64,000 nt of DNA. Origin: Phoronis australis. Lineage: Eukaryota; Animalia; Phoronida. Made by a program: the position numbers and the translations under genes. The first letter of the stretch is position 1, and every line of letters begins with the position of its first letter. The notes beneath the pieces were generated by a model. That model searched no databases. It worked only from the letters and a program-made list of their open reading frames with translations, and was not told the DNA's origin. The stretch is from contig NMRA01000015.1 in the NCBI GenBank assembly GCA_002633005.1, forward strand, positions 380,054 through 444,053. The letters are read 5' to 3'. This document shows, piece by piece, positions 1-12,702 of the stretch.

Positions 1-922
1 GCTGAGCAAAACATGACAATGAGAGAAAATATAGTCATCTGTCTAGACCATGTATGATAAAAATGCCACTGGTTTTACCAAAACACTTCTTTCGGACTCT
101 CTACTTCTTGGAAAGACAAGACATTGTTGCTGAAAACTATCAACGTTAGACTTTTTAGACTTAGTAGATGCTGACATCACTAAAGCATGAAGGTCGCAAT
201 CTTTTTTTAGTAAAATGTTTCCATATCCATTTTTAATGCTTCACTGCATTCAGTTCTGATACGAACGGTTTTGTCATGAGCTTCGCACTGGCCATTGGCC
301 TCGGTGACGTGAGTCCGTCGGCTTAAAAGGGAACTGTATTTTATTCTGAATAAATTCTGGATAGTTTTCTATGAATTGTTGATTAATTTCACAAATAATT
401 CAACACCAAAAATTAAACTTATGTTCTCTAACGAAGCTCAAAAAATTACCGGCTTGGAGCGCTGCTTAGTCTCGTGACGTATTTGGAGGGGGCAAAGTCA
501 CTGTCCTGTGTTAGCGTGCAATCAAGTAGCGTTTTTTATACTGTCGGAATAAGAAATTTTAGTGTGAAATTTCGGGTCACAAGGGATACCTGTTTGAGCC
601 AAGGCAACACAAAGTGATACCTAGTCATCGTCATCGTCAGACGAAAATTTGCCGGTGTAACTGGTGTCAGTGACTGTGCCGAGGGCAATGTGGACTCTAG
701 CCATCCAGTCAGCCAGTTGTCAGCCAATACTCCGGCAGCTCTGTAAACTTGAAGGGTTGGTAAGTTACCGACTGTACCTGTATGAAGACTATCGTACCAC
801 TGTGTGTTGAGCTCCGTTAACCCCGAAATTTCAGACAGCCGTTGACTACCCGGGTATAGTTGACTCAGTTATGCTCGTCACCTCGTCGTAAAACTTAGGC
901 TACATCAACATATAAAGCTAAC

Positions 923-1263
923 NNNNNNNNNNNNNNNNNNNNNNNNNNNNNNNNNNNNNNNNNNNNNNNNNNNNNNNNNNNNNNNNNNNNNNNNNNNNNN
1001 NNNNNNNNNNNNNNNNNNNNNNNNNNNNNNNNNNNNNNNNNNNNNNNNNNNNNNNNNNNNNNNNNNNNNNNNNNNNNNNNNNNNNNNNNNNNNNNNNNNN
1101 NNNNNNNNNNNNNNNNNNNNNNNNNNNNNNNNNNNNNNNNNNNNNNNNNNNNNNNNNNNNNNNNNNNNNNNNNNNNNNNNNNNNNNNNNNNNNNNNNNNN
1201 NNNNNNNNNNNNNNNNNNNNNNNNNNNNNNNNNNNNNNNNNNNNNNNNNNNNNNNNNNNNNNN
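923..1263. other. Assembly gap (N run)
   Basis: Run of n. Confidence 1.
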
Positions 1264-1372
1264 AGCTTTGGGCCAAGGCTTGGGTAACCCGGCGATGGTA
1301 TGCGATGACCATCCCTTTAGAAGACGCCTTTTTCGAAGAGTTTGAGCAACCAGGTGCCATACAAAAAGGCAT
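1264..1372 (-). pseudogene. THAP-domain N-terminal remnant
   Basis: MPFCMAPGCSNSSKKASSKGMVIAYH matches the THAP start M-x-x-C-x4-C-x-N...(F/Y)H. It is cut off by the gap. Confidence 0.65.
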
Positions 1373-2626
1373 AGCGAACCTTTTACAGCACTGTGGCAAA
1401 CAATAAAAAAATAAGGACGATTGATACGATGAAAAATTACGATGTAAACTCTTCAAATATGACATAAGCAATGAATGTGCAAAGCAGCCGATACCCCGCA
1501 GTTCACGTCACTGACACATCAGCCAATCAGCGATCGCTTTCAGAATTCAGTGTTTTGACAATGAATACGAATTGGCTTTTGTTTGGCACGCAAGTCAGGC
1601 AAATGTGAGTTTTATTTGTATGTTAGAACCGATTAACTGCAACATTATTTTGACTACAGTCCCCTTTTAATGGCCTGGGTGACGCCAGTCCGTCGGCTTA
1701 ATTTCACTCCCTCTGGCTTCCATCACATGATATACTTCTTCAGGCCTGTTGTCCCCGAACTTGGTACTCAGCTTCGCAGCAATTATCACCAGTATGTTCT
1801 GTCAAATTTCGCCCGTGTTTAGTCACAAGAAAATCCCAGCACTCTTAGTTGTCTTTTGCTTTCTGCATGATGTTACGCACACACACACCGTATGTTTGCA
1901 AACCATTATTACCCCTTAGTACAAGCCTCCACTGTTTTACAAACAAACAAAGCTTTCTGAGTGCACTGCTAATTTTTATGTTTTACTGTAGCCTCAGTAC
2001 GGAATAAAAATAGTCACTATGTCCGTTTTACTGACTTAAAAGGCGATTTCCCCTCTTTTGAGCCAAAATATCAAACAAAATGACACAGTGCATGCAATCT
2101 GAACACTGCACTACTTTGTAAATAGCTCTTCTTTATTCTGCCATCACCCGTGCTTTGGCACCGCTAGCAGCTAGTATTATATAACCATTATCAAATATTG
2201 GTTCAAACTTCTCAAAATTCCTCCTCATCGTAATTCAAGGGCACCTCATGGCAATTACTATTATTTGGACAAAAATGGTCAGTATTCACAAAAATGGGCT
2301 TTCTCAGTTAAGACTCGTATTCTCAGATTACAATTCTATGAAGTTTGGTTAAATAACAGTAAAAATAAGTGCAGGTAGGCTGCTCAGGTGGGCACATTGA
2401 TTACTATTTACGAGGTTGGCAATAAAGTATAGGGTTAATTCCAAATTATGTTTTTCATAAAAAATTAAGATTGAATTCAGTTTGGAAAATTAATCGTTTT
2501 GTCTAACTACACCCCATGCACAGATTATGACCAAATCACAAATTTATTGTTGAAGTATAAGGAAGACAGTTATTGACCGGCTAGACAATATTCCTTATGT
2601 CCTAATACTATTGAAGGCGAATACCA

Positions 2627-3590
2627 TTTTTATGCGCCCACATATTTATATGTGAACGCATTATGCCGTCATCTCCATCTGTCCGTCCGGGCGGCGTCCG
2701 GCATCCGCTGCTCTATCTCCAAAACCCTTTGACATACGTTCATGAAATTTGGCACATATGTTCCATTCATGAATGGGACGGCATGTGCGAACTTTCGGAG
2801 GGATCAGACTACCGGTGTGCCCCCTAGTGGCAATTTTAATTTTTTCACGCTTACCTTTGTATCTTCAAAAGTCCTGAACGGATTTTCATGAAATTTGATA
2901 TGTAGGCACCTATTAGTGAGATGACGCTATCCTCCCGTTTTCAGATGGATTCGACATAGTTTGCGTTACCTAGTGGCCATTTTTACTGTTTTCGAGTCTG
3001 TATTTTTGCGTCCACCCCTCTATCAACCAAACCACTCAAAGGATGATTGTGAAAATTGGCATGTATGTGCTTACTATGAAGAGGACGGTCGACGCTGAAT
3101 TTCCCATGACTTTGATTACTGTGGCGCCTCCTTGTTGCAGTTTTTTTTTGCGCCCATGGCTGTATCTCCCAAACCGTTTGCAGGATCTTTACTAAATTTA
3201 GCAAGTGTATTTATGTGATGTTGACAACGGACGGTGACGAATTTAGGATGATTCTGACTACCGGAATGCCTCTAGTGGGAATTTAAGTATTTTACATTGA
3301 CCTCTGTATTTTCATAGGTCTTCAGGTGTATACTTTGTGTTACTTCGTGACTATGAAGGAAAAATTCCAAGTAGAAATTTGTTTCTGGCATTCTAATGCT
3401 GTGCTAATCTCATATGTTGGTAAATTTGTTTTTAATTCTAAGTTTCTGTGGTGCTTTAAGCAACTGATGTATAGGATGTGCTTGTATTATGAAGATCACT
3501 CACATTTTGCCCCTATGGTACCAATGATCAACCCTAGAAGGATACCGTATACGGTGCAATTGTGGGCGCATTTCAACGCTCTTGTCTTTT
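2627..3590 (+). mobile_element. Non-autonomous Helentron/DINE-1-like (HINE) element
   Basis: Starts in a T-run. subTIR ATGCGCCCACA (2632-2642) / TGTGGGCGCAT (3561-3571). GTCC-type microsatellite near 2680. About 5 diverged ~150-bp internal tandem units (ttcatgaaatttg motif). Ends CTTGT plus T-rich sequence. Confidence 0.7.
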
Positions 3591-3832
3591 TAATTATGAC
3601 ACACTGACATGTAATGCACCTTTCCGTATATAAATTCAATAAACTGATGTGAGCAAATGACTATTAACATGTTAACCTTATGAATTTTAATATTTTCTCC
3701 TCAGCTTTTCAACTCTGTGAGAACTTATTGACGTGCTTACTTATTTAAATGCAGTTCTTTTGTACGATGGATCTGTGGCCTTTTTACAGTCAAATAATTG
3801 AAAACTGAGAGTGACTATTTATAACGACATAC

Positions 3833-4056
3833 CTGCTCACACATCTTGCACTGGAATATCTTGAGGACCGGTTTCAGGGGCAGTTTGACTGGCTGTGGAA
3901 CCACAACAGCCGAAGAGACAGGGGTGGACGGGTTTTCAGTAGTCACGCAGTGTCGATCCACGTGTTCGCTGCAATCACCCACGGACAGTGGTGCCCCACG
4001 GCCATAGGGAGATGGTGGCATCTGACGTGAGTTATGCATCTGGTGATTAATGGTGT
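3833..4056 (-). CDS. Internal exon (phase 1 to 0) of a probable C2H2 zinc-finger protein; gene probably continues beyond the window start
   Basis: Acceptor tgtatttgcag and donor CAG|GTATGT. GC-rich open frame TINHQMHNSRQMPPSPY...PVLKIFQCKMCEQ ending in F-x-C-x2-C. Confidence 0.75.
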
Positions 4057-6080
4057 CTGCAAATACAACAACAACTATTGTCAGTTGCAGTTAGGCCACA
4101 AAAACACTTTTTTGTCAGAATTCCTTAATTTTTCCCAAAGTCCACAGACGACACTTAAAGTTGTTCAAACTGGACTAAACTTCTGATTTAGACCACTAAC
4201 TGGTCTAAACTTCTTCTTCACTCAAATCACAAGTAGTTTCTAGGCCACCTTGGGAAGACATGACTGTTTGTTATTGCTCAACATGCATTTGAGCCTCTGG
4301 TCTCAAGTACAAACTCACAGTCTTAAGTCTTGAAAGCACTTCAATTCCTATTTGAGTGAGTAAAGATCCTGATCTCCGATTTTCCGTTTTCAAAAACTGA
4401 GAAATCTGTCTAAACAAATATTTCGTAACAAAATTCACATAGTACAATTCAACTTCAAACTGATGAATTACGTAATACATAAAATTGATCAGAGAATTAC
4501 CTTACTAATCTGCTGAGTTATGTCATAGTTCCAATTTATCGATAACTTGCTGCATGCTATTGTTTTTCAAAACCGTAAAAAGAAAAGTGCCACTTTACGA
4601 AAGTATAACAACTAAATGAACATGTCTGCTACAGAACTATCACCAATCGATTTATGGCCAGAATAGTGCAATTTGATGGATTGTATTAATTTGTGGTAAA
4701 AACCAAAAATACTAGAATTATGGTAATTTGCTAATGAAATATGTGAAATCCGTTCAAAACCTCTATTTCTGTGAAAGAAGTCAGATTCCATGAATTCCGT
4801 CCATTTTCTGTTATAGCAGAAAACCAGGGTCCCTAAGTTAGGAAGAGCTTTTAAGAACCAATGGTAAAATGCCTAAAACAAACATACATGTAAAACACCA
4901 ACAGGCATCAAACTTGACAATTTAAATGCATGTCAGACGAACACACCAACTCAAAATATTGATTAATTTTGCCGAAACAGATTTCAAAACCTAATTCCAT
5001 AAAAAATGCAGGTAAAATCATACAGAGTTGGGGTTTCAAATATACTTTTTCAGAACATTAGAAAAGATAGTGGAATCAAGAGCAGATATTTAATGCAGGT
5101 TAACACCAGCTATAGCCTTACCAAGAATTTCTGAACATTGACAGATATTCAGAAACCATCTGTCAGAAACGTCAAATGCTCCCATGTATTTTTGATTATT
5201 ATCAAAGCAAATAACTGGCATTATTCACTCAAATCTGTGTTCACAGAATTTAAACGTGAACAGCCCTTCTGAAAATGTAGGCTAAGTCCTTAAAAGGACC
5301 ATTAGTTTGTACTCATTTGATATAGAATCGACCACTAAAGCATGCAACAAGATATTTTTGTGCAGTTTTTAAACAAACACGTATTTTAAACGAGTAAGAA
5401 TTTTATTCATCCATACTTATTTTGCATGCAGCAAACAGTACTTTAAAACTGTCCGTCATATTTTGCTAATTGAATGGCTACTAAGTCACTCCATGCCTCA
5501 TCATATAGTACGCCATGAGCAAAAATGAGATAACAAAATGTCTTATCAAAATAAACAAAAAGTTTAACTAAAACATAGTACCCCCCCACTGAAAAATATT
5601 ACAGTTTATTTCACAAGCAAGAATTTTGTATGTTTTAGTGTGATTACATAATCATTGCAGGTCTTCATGAATTTGAATGTAGGCGAACATCCGGTGACCA
5701 ACAGCATCACTATGTTCAACCCAAGAAACACATACCTGATCAGAACATTGTTGTCAATAGAACTTACGCAGTTTTGGGACAAGTTTCTTTTGTGTTGAGT
5801 TGTATTCGTAAGACAGTTTCCACCGGAAGCCAACTGTTTGAATTTTATAACCGATGGTCCGCGTCGAAGAAAGGGGTGTTAGTCAGTCAGACCACGACAA
5901 TTAAAGAAGAATGCCACCCGATTTAATTAGTCTTTTTTGCCGTCTAAATCAGTCTATATCCACATCACCTCGCATACGGTCGACCTCACCTTGCCAAGAG
6001 GTGTCGCGTTAACCTGTGAGGAAGGTGAGAAACGACGCTAGCAACGTCAGTGGTTCATCTGCAGAATGAATGCCGCTACA

Positions 6081-6311
6081 ATGTTGCGATGCATCGTTCC
6101 CGCTTGTCCGAACTATGCAGCTGCGAGGAAAGCGGGTATATCGGTTTTTTTCGACTTCCCTGAGAGACCGAAATGCTTAGGAAGTGGCTCGTGCGTGGTA
6201 GTGAAGAATGAAAAGTACGCTGTAAATAGCAAGTATGGGGCCGTGAAACATCTCTGTGTCTGTGGCCTGCAGTCGTCGACAGTGCCTGACGAATGCCGGC
6301 TTACCAAATAA
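6081..6311 (+). pseudogene. Degenerate THAP domain in the Kolobok element
   Basis: MLRCIVPACPN...GISVFFDFPERP...HLCVCGL, showing the THAP CxxxxC, FxFP and VC motifs, decayed. Confidence 0.65.
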
Positions 6312-6369
6312 CTATCCAATCCATACGTTCCATTGTCAGAGCTTGTTCACGGCGCCTCTCTAGTATTTC

Positions 6370-6486
6370 TTAATCACTGTATTCCTGTTCGAATTGGTAG
6401 CCTGTGAAACTTAACGATCGAACTGCAAAGTCTTCGTAGTGATCGACTGATGAGCTCTCGTCCAAGTTGGGATTGCGAGTTGCCAT
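6370..6486 (-). pseudogene. Short remnant of a Kolobok accessory ORF start
   Basis: MATRNPNLDESSS...TGYQFEQEYSD. The acidic N-terminus with a YxFEPEY-like motif resembles Kolobok accessory proteins (from recollection). Confidence 0.4.
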
Positions 6487-9062
6487 GTTGATGTTTATTA
6501 CTGAGCGTTCTGTTTCAAAATGAATTATTCTCACCCTAACAATACTTAAATAAAACTGAAACAAAGTCTGCCTCATTAGATGCAATTTGTAATGCCTTAG
6601 GAGTGTTCGTGAGTGTAAATGATTTGAGAAGCCAGCAATGAATAAACACTGCGTTACCAGCTTTAGGTGCAATAAAACTAATTGACAGAACACCGAGGCC
6701 GTGTGAGCTCATGCTAATTTAGTGTTTGCTGGCGAAACTGTTGTGAAACAACTCAGTCGATTTCCACCCCACGGCCTGGTGTTAGGGGAGTCTTTATTTA
6801 CATTTACATTATTAAAATAATAATCGTCAATGTCCAACTTCTGCCCTGACGGTGCTGTGGCCAAAGCGGAACCTAAATTTGCGGCTCCCGACGAGTAAGT
6901 ACTGGATTTGCAGTTTTGTGGGTAATTCACCAACATAACCACGTGCGCATTACTTTGGCTCACTAGTATAGTATTTTCTTGACTGGAAGTTTAGTTTCCA
7001 ACTTTGGCTGGTTTAGGTTCGTGTTGTATGATCAGTTTCAGACCCACTGGCCGGGATAACGAGTCAATCCGGCCGGCCGCGACGGGCCTGATAGGGCTCC
7101 GAGCCACTCAGGTTAGGATAACAAGCATTTTGTGTGTTTAGAACTCAAAAAATCACAAGTATAAACAACACAGATCTGGGTTTTTCTCTCTGTATCTGAA
7201 AATACTTCGAATTTGTCTCCGAACAGACCCCAAACTCTTGCTACGGACCTTATTGGCCTGCCGAACTTTGGAAGCTACGGTGTGTCCAAATACCAATAAA
7301 TCCGTAACAGCGAAATAAAACATCACGTTTTTATAAGAACTCGGTGTATTTTTAAGGGTTTTACATCGAAGTTTGATGATTTATTGGGGTTAAACAATAA
7401 TTCAAGCGATAAGCTTACACCAGTAACCCGTGTTGTGAACTGCTGAACAGACTGCGTGTGAAACCAATGGGGCTATTCGGAAAATCTACAACTAGAGGGC
7501 GTGCGTGTACTAGTGGTGATAGATTAACAGCCTTGATTTCGCGAGCCCTTTAAATACATGGTGAAATGGCTTGCAGCCGTGCCAACTGAATCTGAGATTG
7601 CGTAAAAAGGGTGCTTCTATGAGGGGAAGTAAGCACGACCTCATACAAAAGTAAGATTTGTGATCATTTTAACGATTATTCCATAATTATTATACCGATG
7701 CCTGTTAACTGAGGCACTCGCCGATGTCGACTTCGCGGCAGTCAGTCGCCAGCCAGAGTCTGGTTAATCTTTGTATGTTGAGATATGTGATACGATACTG
7801 GACGTAGCAATCGGGATCTTTTCGTACATCAAAGCATTATTATTGTTTGGAATGATTTTTAAAAGTTTATCAGTGACAGTTACATCAATCAATGCTGAAT
7901 ATTTCTGCTGTCAACTCGATACAGGTTAACTTTGAGTTAAGATTACAATCCAATCCCAATGGCAAAGGGTACGTGAGTGATAAATATCCATTGCATTAGA
8001 CTATTTGTTTACTCCCTATCATATGTCTTCTGGAAATCTATTACACGTTGAAATGGAAATCTATCACGTCAGTTTTCACGTAACCTTTGGTTTTTAGGTT
8101 TGAAGGCTTGTACCGTGCAGAGGAGATATGCATCGCTTCTGCACCGTCCCTGAATGGACAAAAATTGGTTTTTAGCATTTGACTGCAGCTAACCAACAAG
8201 ATCTTCCCATCCAGTGCAGATCTGTTGTCAAAGCCTACTTTCAATATTGGAGACAACGAACAAAGCCTTTGAAAAGGAACAGCTATTTTTAAAGTCATTT
8301 TGTTAAATTACTTATTCAGGTCCCGAGGGGGGATTGGCATGGGGGGTTGTAATATTTGGTACAACTGAATGTGTGGAAATAACAGGTAATACATGTTTGG
8401 GGAAAAGAGCATGGTGAGGTAATTCTTAACCTTCACGAAGTCCCTCCAAGTTGATTTCATGAAACTGTTTTGCTACTTGTATCAATTGTAAAACCACGAA
8501 AATATATTACATTTTCCGAATTCACAGTGACTGAATAGTCTTAACTCATGCCTTGAAATGTTGCAAGTCGTTATAAATTCAAATGACTGCCATTTTTGTG
8601 AAAATTGCATTTTTGATGGTGCCTTACGATTTGTAATTACTCTTAAACAACAGAAAGATTATCCATCATTTTTAAATGACCCAAGTCTTCATATCTTCTA
8701 TTAGAAGGAAAACGGTTCCCTCAACCTTAGGCTAGAAGTATGCTTGACAGACCCATGAACCTGTAATCTGAGTTTAAATTGCTGAAAGTATCAAAATTAA
8801 AAAGGCTTGAAATGTTTGAAGTTGTCTCAAAAAACTTGTATATTTTACAGACAAGTGATGCGTTTAAAGAATTGTTGTGGCTAGGGATAAAAAATAAAGA
8901 CAGTGTTATGCAATACTCATTATATACACCCTTGGTTTCTGAAAATAGTAATTATTTACTTTTATGTGAAACTGTAGACCAATCACCATATATTTTTGAA
9001 AAACAGGGATAACATTTTTGATCCAATCTGGAGTACTGAATTATTCATATTTCAATATTTGT

Positions 9063-9590
9063 TCCAGGTTCAGTGACATTTTAAGGCCACTTCAAGCTGT
9101 ATCATAGACAAGCTTTGTTATTCGGTTCTCTTCCCACAGCACTTCCACACACTAGCAGTGCTGCATGGCACAATGTGGAAGTCAGTGGCCCTGGAGAAAT
9201 GTGAATCGCAGTACTAAGTTACCATAAGACAATGTGCCAGTGGAGTGTTTGTGTATCCAGACCAACTATATCTGACTGCTACACAAATAAGCCTTGTTGG
9301 TGAGGATGCCCTTTCATAGGCAATGAGTCATGTGTGGACAATGGCTTATTTCCTTTCCTGGAAGAAACATGAGGGACTGAAGCTAAAGAAGACCTAGTAA
9401 CACTCTGGTCTAGTTCAGAGTCTGATTTTGGGCTCAAAACGATTCAAGTGATATGCTGCTGTGTTTACCTTCAAGGGTCTAATTGTGGATGTTATTGAGG
9501 CTGAATGAGGTTACATGAAAGAAAGCCATGTGTTGAAACTGGACCTTTTTTAAAAGCGCTTCTATAGACCATTGAAACTAGAACCCAGTG
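9063..9590 (+). pseudogene. YqaJ / lambda-exonuclease-like (PD-D/ExK) domain remnant
   Basis: Frameshifted pieces SRFSDIL, AVLHGTMWKSVALEKCE, SGVFVYPDQLYLTATQISLVGEDA, CPF, KHEGLKLKKT, VQSLILG, AVFTFKGLIVDVIE and VLKLDLF follow the YqaJ motif order. Confidence 0.7.
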
Positions 9591-10659
9591 AAATGAAAGC
9601 CAAAAGCTGAGTGACATTAAATTTTCCTTTCAGAAGAAAGGCTTTATACTACTGATAAAAACTTTTCAATTTGGTAAAGATTATGGGGAAATGACATTCA
9701 CTGACTGCATCGATTGTCTTATTGTATGTTTTCAATTGTAGCTAGCTGGATAAGAATCTGCTATGCACAAGATTCGAGAATAAACAATTATCAGTGTATT
9801 TAAAAACAAATGGCAAACTGAAAAAGCACAGAAAGAAACAACATTGCGAAGGAGTCCATAATCAGGCATATCAGTTGCTGAATTTCTGAATTACGTTCAA
9901 TTCTCTCAGGTTATTGCTGAAGGATTGCTTTTCACTTTGTCCAACGGTGAAATAGATCGTCAGGCGGTTGGTTTAAGTTGTTTTTTCTTGCCTGTAACAG
10001 AATAGAAATATTAGCAAATTGTAAAAGAAAAGACAAGACAAAACTACATTTGTAAGGCAGAACATACTTGACATTTCATCTTCATGTTTATGTGTAGGAA
10101 CTAATAACCTTTGTACCCAAGTCTTATTTAATATATGAATTAAAATATGTGAAACAGGCTAAAAGTGATTTAACAATGTGTATTTTTCATGACACTTAAA
10201 ATGTGCTTCTGATCTCAACAAGTAAAATTCATTCTAGGTGTCAATTTTTTTCCAATGCAATGTTACGACATTTACTGAATTAAGGCTTATTCATGTTAAT
10301 TGATAACTGAGCTGGTGGTCCTGGGGGTGGGGTCCACGATAAAATAAGGAAACTCTAGAGAATTTTATTGGAAACAGCATAGTTTTGAAGATAGACTGCT
10401 GTGAAAAAGTCACTCTTGACTTCTGTGCATCACGTACCATACACCTCTTATTTTGGGAGCACTCCCACCCAGGACAATATGAATATGTGCTGCTAGCCTA
10501 CCCGGCATCGGGTGAGTTTCCAAAAAGAAACACTTAGTTCCACTCAATAAAACTGTTATTCAGTGGGGTAAATGGTGGGGATAACATCACCGAACGATGT
10601 TGATAGAAACTGATTGCTAAAAACTTACTAAGTAATGTTGTGTAGTCTCCGTATGGAAC

Positions 10660-10858
10660 TGAATAGTCATAGAGCACACACGGGGCTTCAGCATCCACAC
10701 ACTTTTTGTCAGTTAGTTGACCCTGTTGACCGTAATTGTCCACGAATATAGTAACCTTAGGTCTTTTTGGGAATTTGTGGCCACCTGTCGAAGACTTGCA
10801 CCAGAGAAATTAGCAGTAATAAAGCTTAGCGCGACGACGTATTTTGATAAAAATTCCA
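10660..10858 (-). pseudogene. THAP remnant of the ISL2EU-type transposase gene
   Basis: MEFLSKYVVAL...WTITVNRVN*LTKSVWMLKPRVCS matches the THAP W-x3-(V/I)NR...W...RVCS pattern. Confidence 0.6.
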
Positions 10859-12454
10859 TCTTTTACCAGTTGTTTACATGCAGGCAGCGACGCATGCGCA
10901 ATTCAATCACCACTAGTACAGCAACAACACCATGAGGAGAATTCTCCGAATAGCCCCATTACGTCATTGGATAATATCAACACCTCCGTCTGCCGTCAGG
11001 TAACGCAACCGTACGTGCCATTATGGAGTTGAACTACTCGATCTAAACTGATACAAATTAGATTGTTTTTGGGTGGCATGCTCCTTTAAGTTTATATAAC
11101 TACTTGCAGAGTCAACAAGAAGGCATTTCAGGAGTTGGAGGAAGTCAGGTTAGTGCCAGCATAGCGGTCTAAAATTAATTGGCCACAATCGGTGCTGTGA
11201 GTGATATTCAACGTTTACGTTCGGTTGTTATTGTCAGCCACTCACGCTGTCACATACCAACATAGACTGTAATCTGTGTATGGATTGTGTAATCTTATTA
11301 TTCTAACGTGAAATATATTGCCTGTGGTTCATCAGTAAGTCATCGTTCACATAACGCTAGTACTTTATCATATTCAAAATGTAATCGTTTTGCATTGACA
11401 TTGGTTGCGTTAGACAGTGACCACCGTCCTACTGGCTCGATCCACAGTAGAGACTGTGAAGCTCCTATATGCACTTCATACGCCGAATTATGCCTCACAC
11501 TGACTAAGACATCAATGTTATAAAATACCTTTTGCGCATAGAGGGACACCTTAGGAGGCCGTCGATGTGTTTAATTCCTTCCAACTCGACCAAATACTCA
11601 CGTTATCAAGAGACTGTGGTCACTGTCTATGGTTGTGTGTGCTTGTGTCTCTGTGTTCATTGTAAATCTTGGTATCTCCTGATTTTAAAATCTAAGTCAA
11701 CAATTTGCAAGATTCACTTGCTGGTTCGCAAAATTAGGAATCACCAATGGCAATGTAACTACTGAATTGATCTAGATAACTTTTTTGCCATTTGGTTTTG
11801 ACTGCCTATTTTCACCGATTGTTCAGGTTTGTCAGGAGGATCTAAATTATTGAATACAAAAGGACATCCGCTACTAGTAAATGGAATACCCCGGAATAGG
11901 TCACACTGTGAACTCTCACCAGCCAACATGTTAACTATTGTTACGCACAGTAACGTTGCATAATTCCGATCTAATTGAACCAAATTATTCAACGCAAATA
12001 AGGCAAATCTTGCCTGATCGGACTGACGGGCTTGAGTACATGATTTCGAATTTTTACAGGGCTATGGAATAATAGAATGTCGCAGAAGTTTGCGATATTC
12101 AGACTTACAAATTTCAGTCTCAATAAAAGTTCAACTGGTTTCATTAAAATCAAATTTTTCAGTGTCGTGACGAAAGTGATAGTTAATCTGGGTGCAACTT
12201 GACCTAGGTGTGCATTGATTTGAATATGGACTGACTGGAATGATCTCCACGTGTCAGGAGGGGCATGTTCCCTTTACCTAGAAAAACTTGCTTCAAACCT
12301 CAATCTATCTTTGCAAATATCAGCCATTAAAGTGACAGGTCGGACTACAGGAGATAGTATTTTTATTTTTACTGCACAGAAGATAATTATTTTATTTTTA
12401 CTGTAAACTATTACGGTTACGCAAGACCCCTCATGAAGATCATGCCAGTATCTT

Positions 12455-12602
12455 CAGTGGCGGATTTAGAGGAGGGCCAAGGAGGCCATGCCCCCACCCC
12501 CTTAAAATTTTCCCAGATTCCATTTGGCAATTGGGGGTATGACAAAATCTTAGCTAACACTCCGCCCAGTGTCCCAAAACTCAAATCCTGTATCCGCCCC
12601 TG
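12455..12602. mobile_element. 148-bp hAT-like MITE with a 5-bp TSD
   Basis: TIRs CAGTGGCGGAT / ATCCGCCCCTG. ATCTT on both sides. Confidence 0.75.
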
Positions 12603-12702
12603 ATCTTTACATCGATAACATAATGTAGTAAATGGGTTATATCTAGATTCTTATGAAGCTATATTTGTATTGTTGTTTGCTAAAATCTCCTCATTGTTTT
12701 TA

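Larger units (their letters stand above)
327..1666. mobile_element. Non-autonomous Kolobok-type DNA transposon (interrupted by an assembly gap)
   Basis: TTAA at 323-326 and 1667-1670. 12-bp TIRs AAGGGAACTGTA / TACAGTCCCCTT (1 mismatch). Internal THAP start. TTAA TSD with RR termini and THAP is characteristic of Kolobok. Confidence 0.75.
7469..10957. mobile_element. ISL2EU-type DNA transposon (decayed), nested in the Kolobok element
   Basis: TIRs GGGGCTATTCGGA(A/G)AAT. AT TSD at 7467-7468 and 10958-10959. An empty site with a single AT is present in the copy at ~25080. Convergent YqaJ and THAP remnants. Confidence 0.8.
5905..11085. mobile_element. Non-autonomous Kolobok element (~1.7 kb of its own sequence) split by a nested ISL2EU-type insertion
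   Basis: TTAA at 5901-5904 and 11086-11089. TIRs AGAAGAATGCCACCC / GGGTGGCATGCTCCT. A relative lacking the insert lies at 24442-25222. Confidence 0.8.

Noticed and set aside
905-1471. 188-aa ORF (and the ORFs at 51537-51928)
   Set aside because: Their length comes from N gaps. Only the THAP start is meaningful.
9063-9590. YqaJ remnant as a viral or phage insertion, or as a Kolobok gene
   Set aside because: It is enclosed by the TIRs and AT TSD of the inner ISL2EU-type element, a group known to encode YqaJ.
9800-9992. Strong minus-strand acceptor as a host exon
   Set aside because: It lies inside the ISL2EU-type element and has early stops in all frames, so it is probably a decayed transposase exon.
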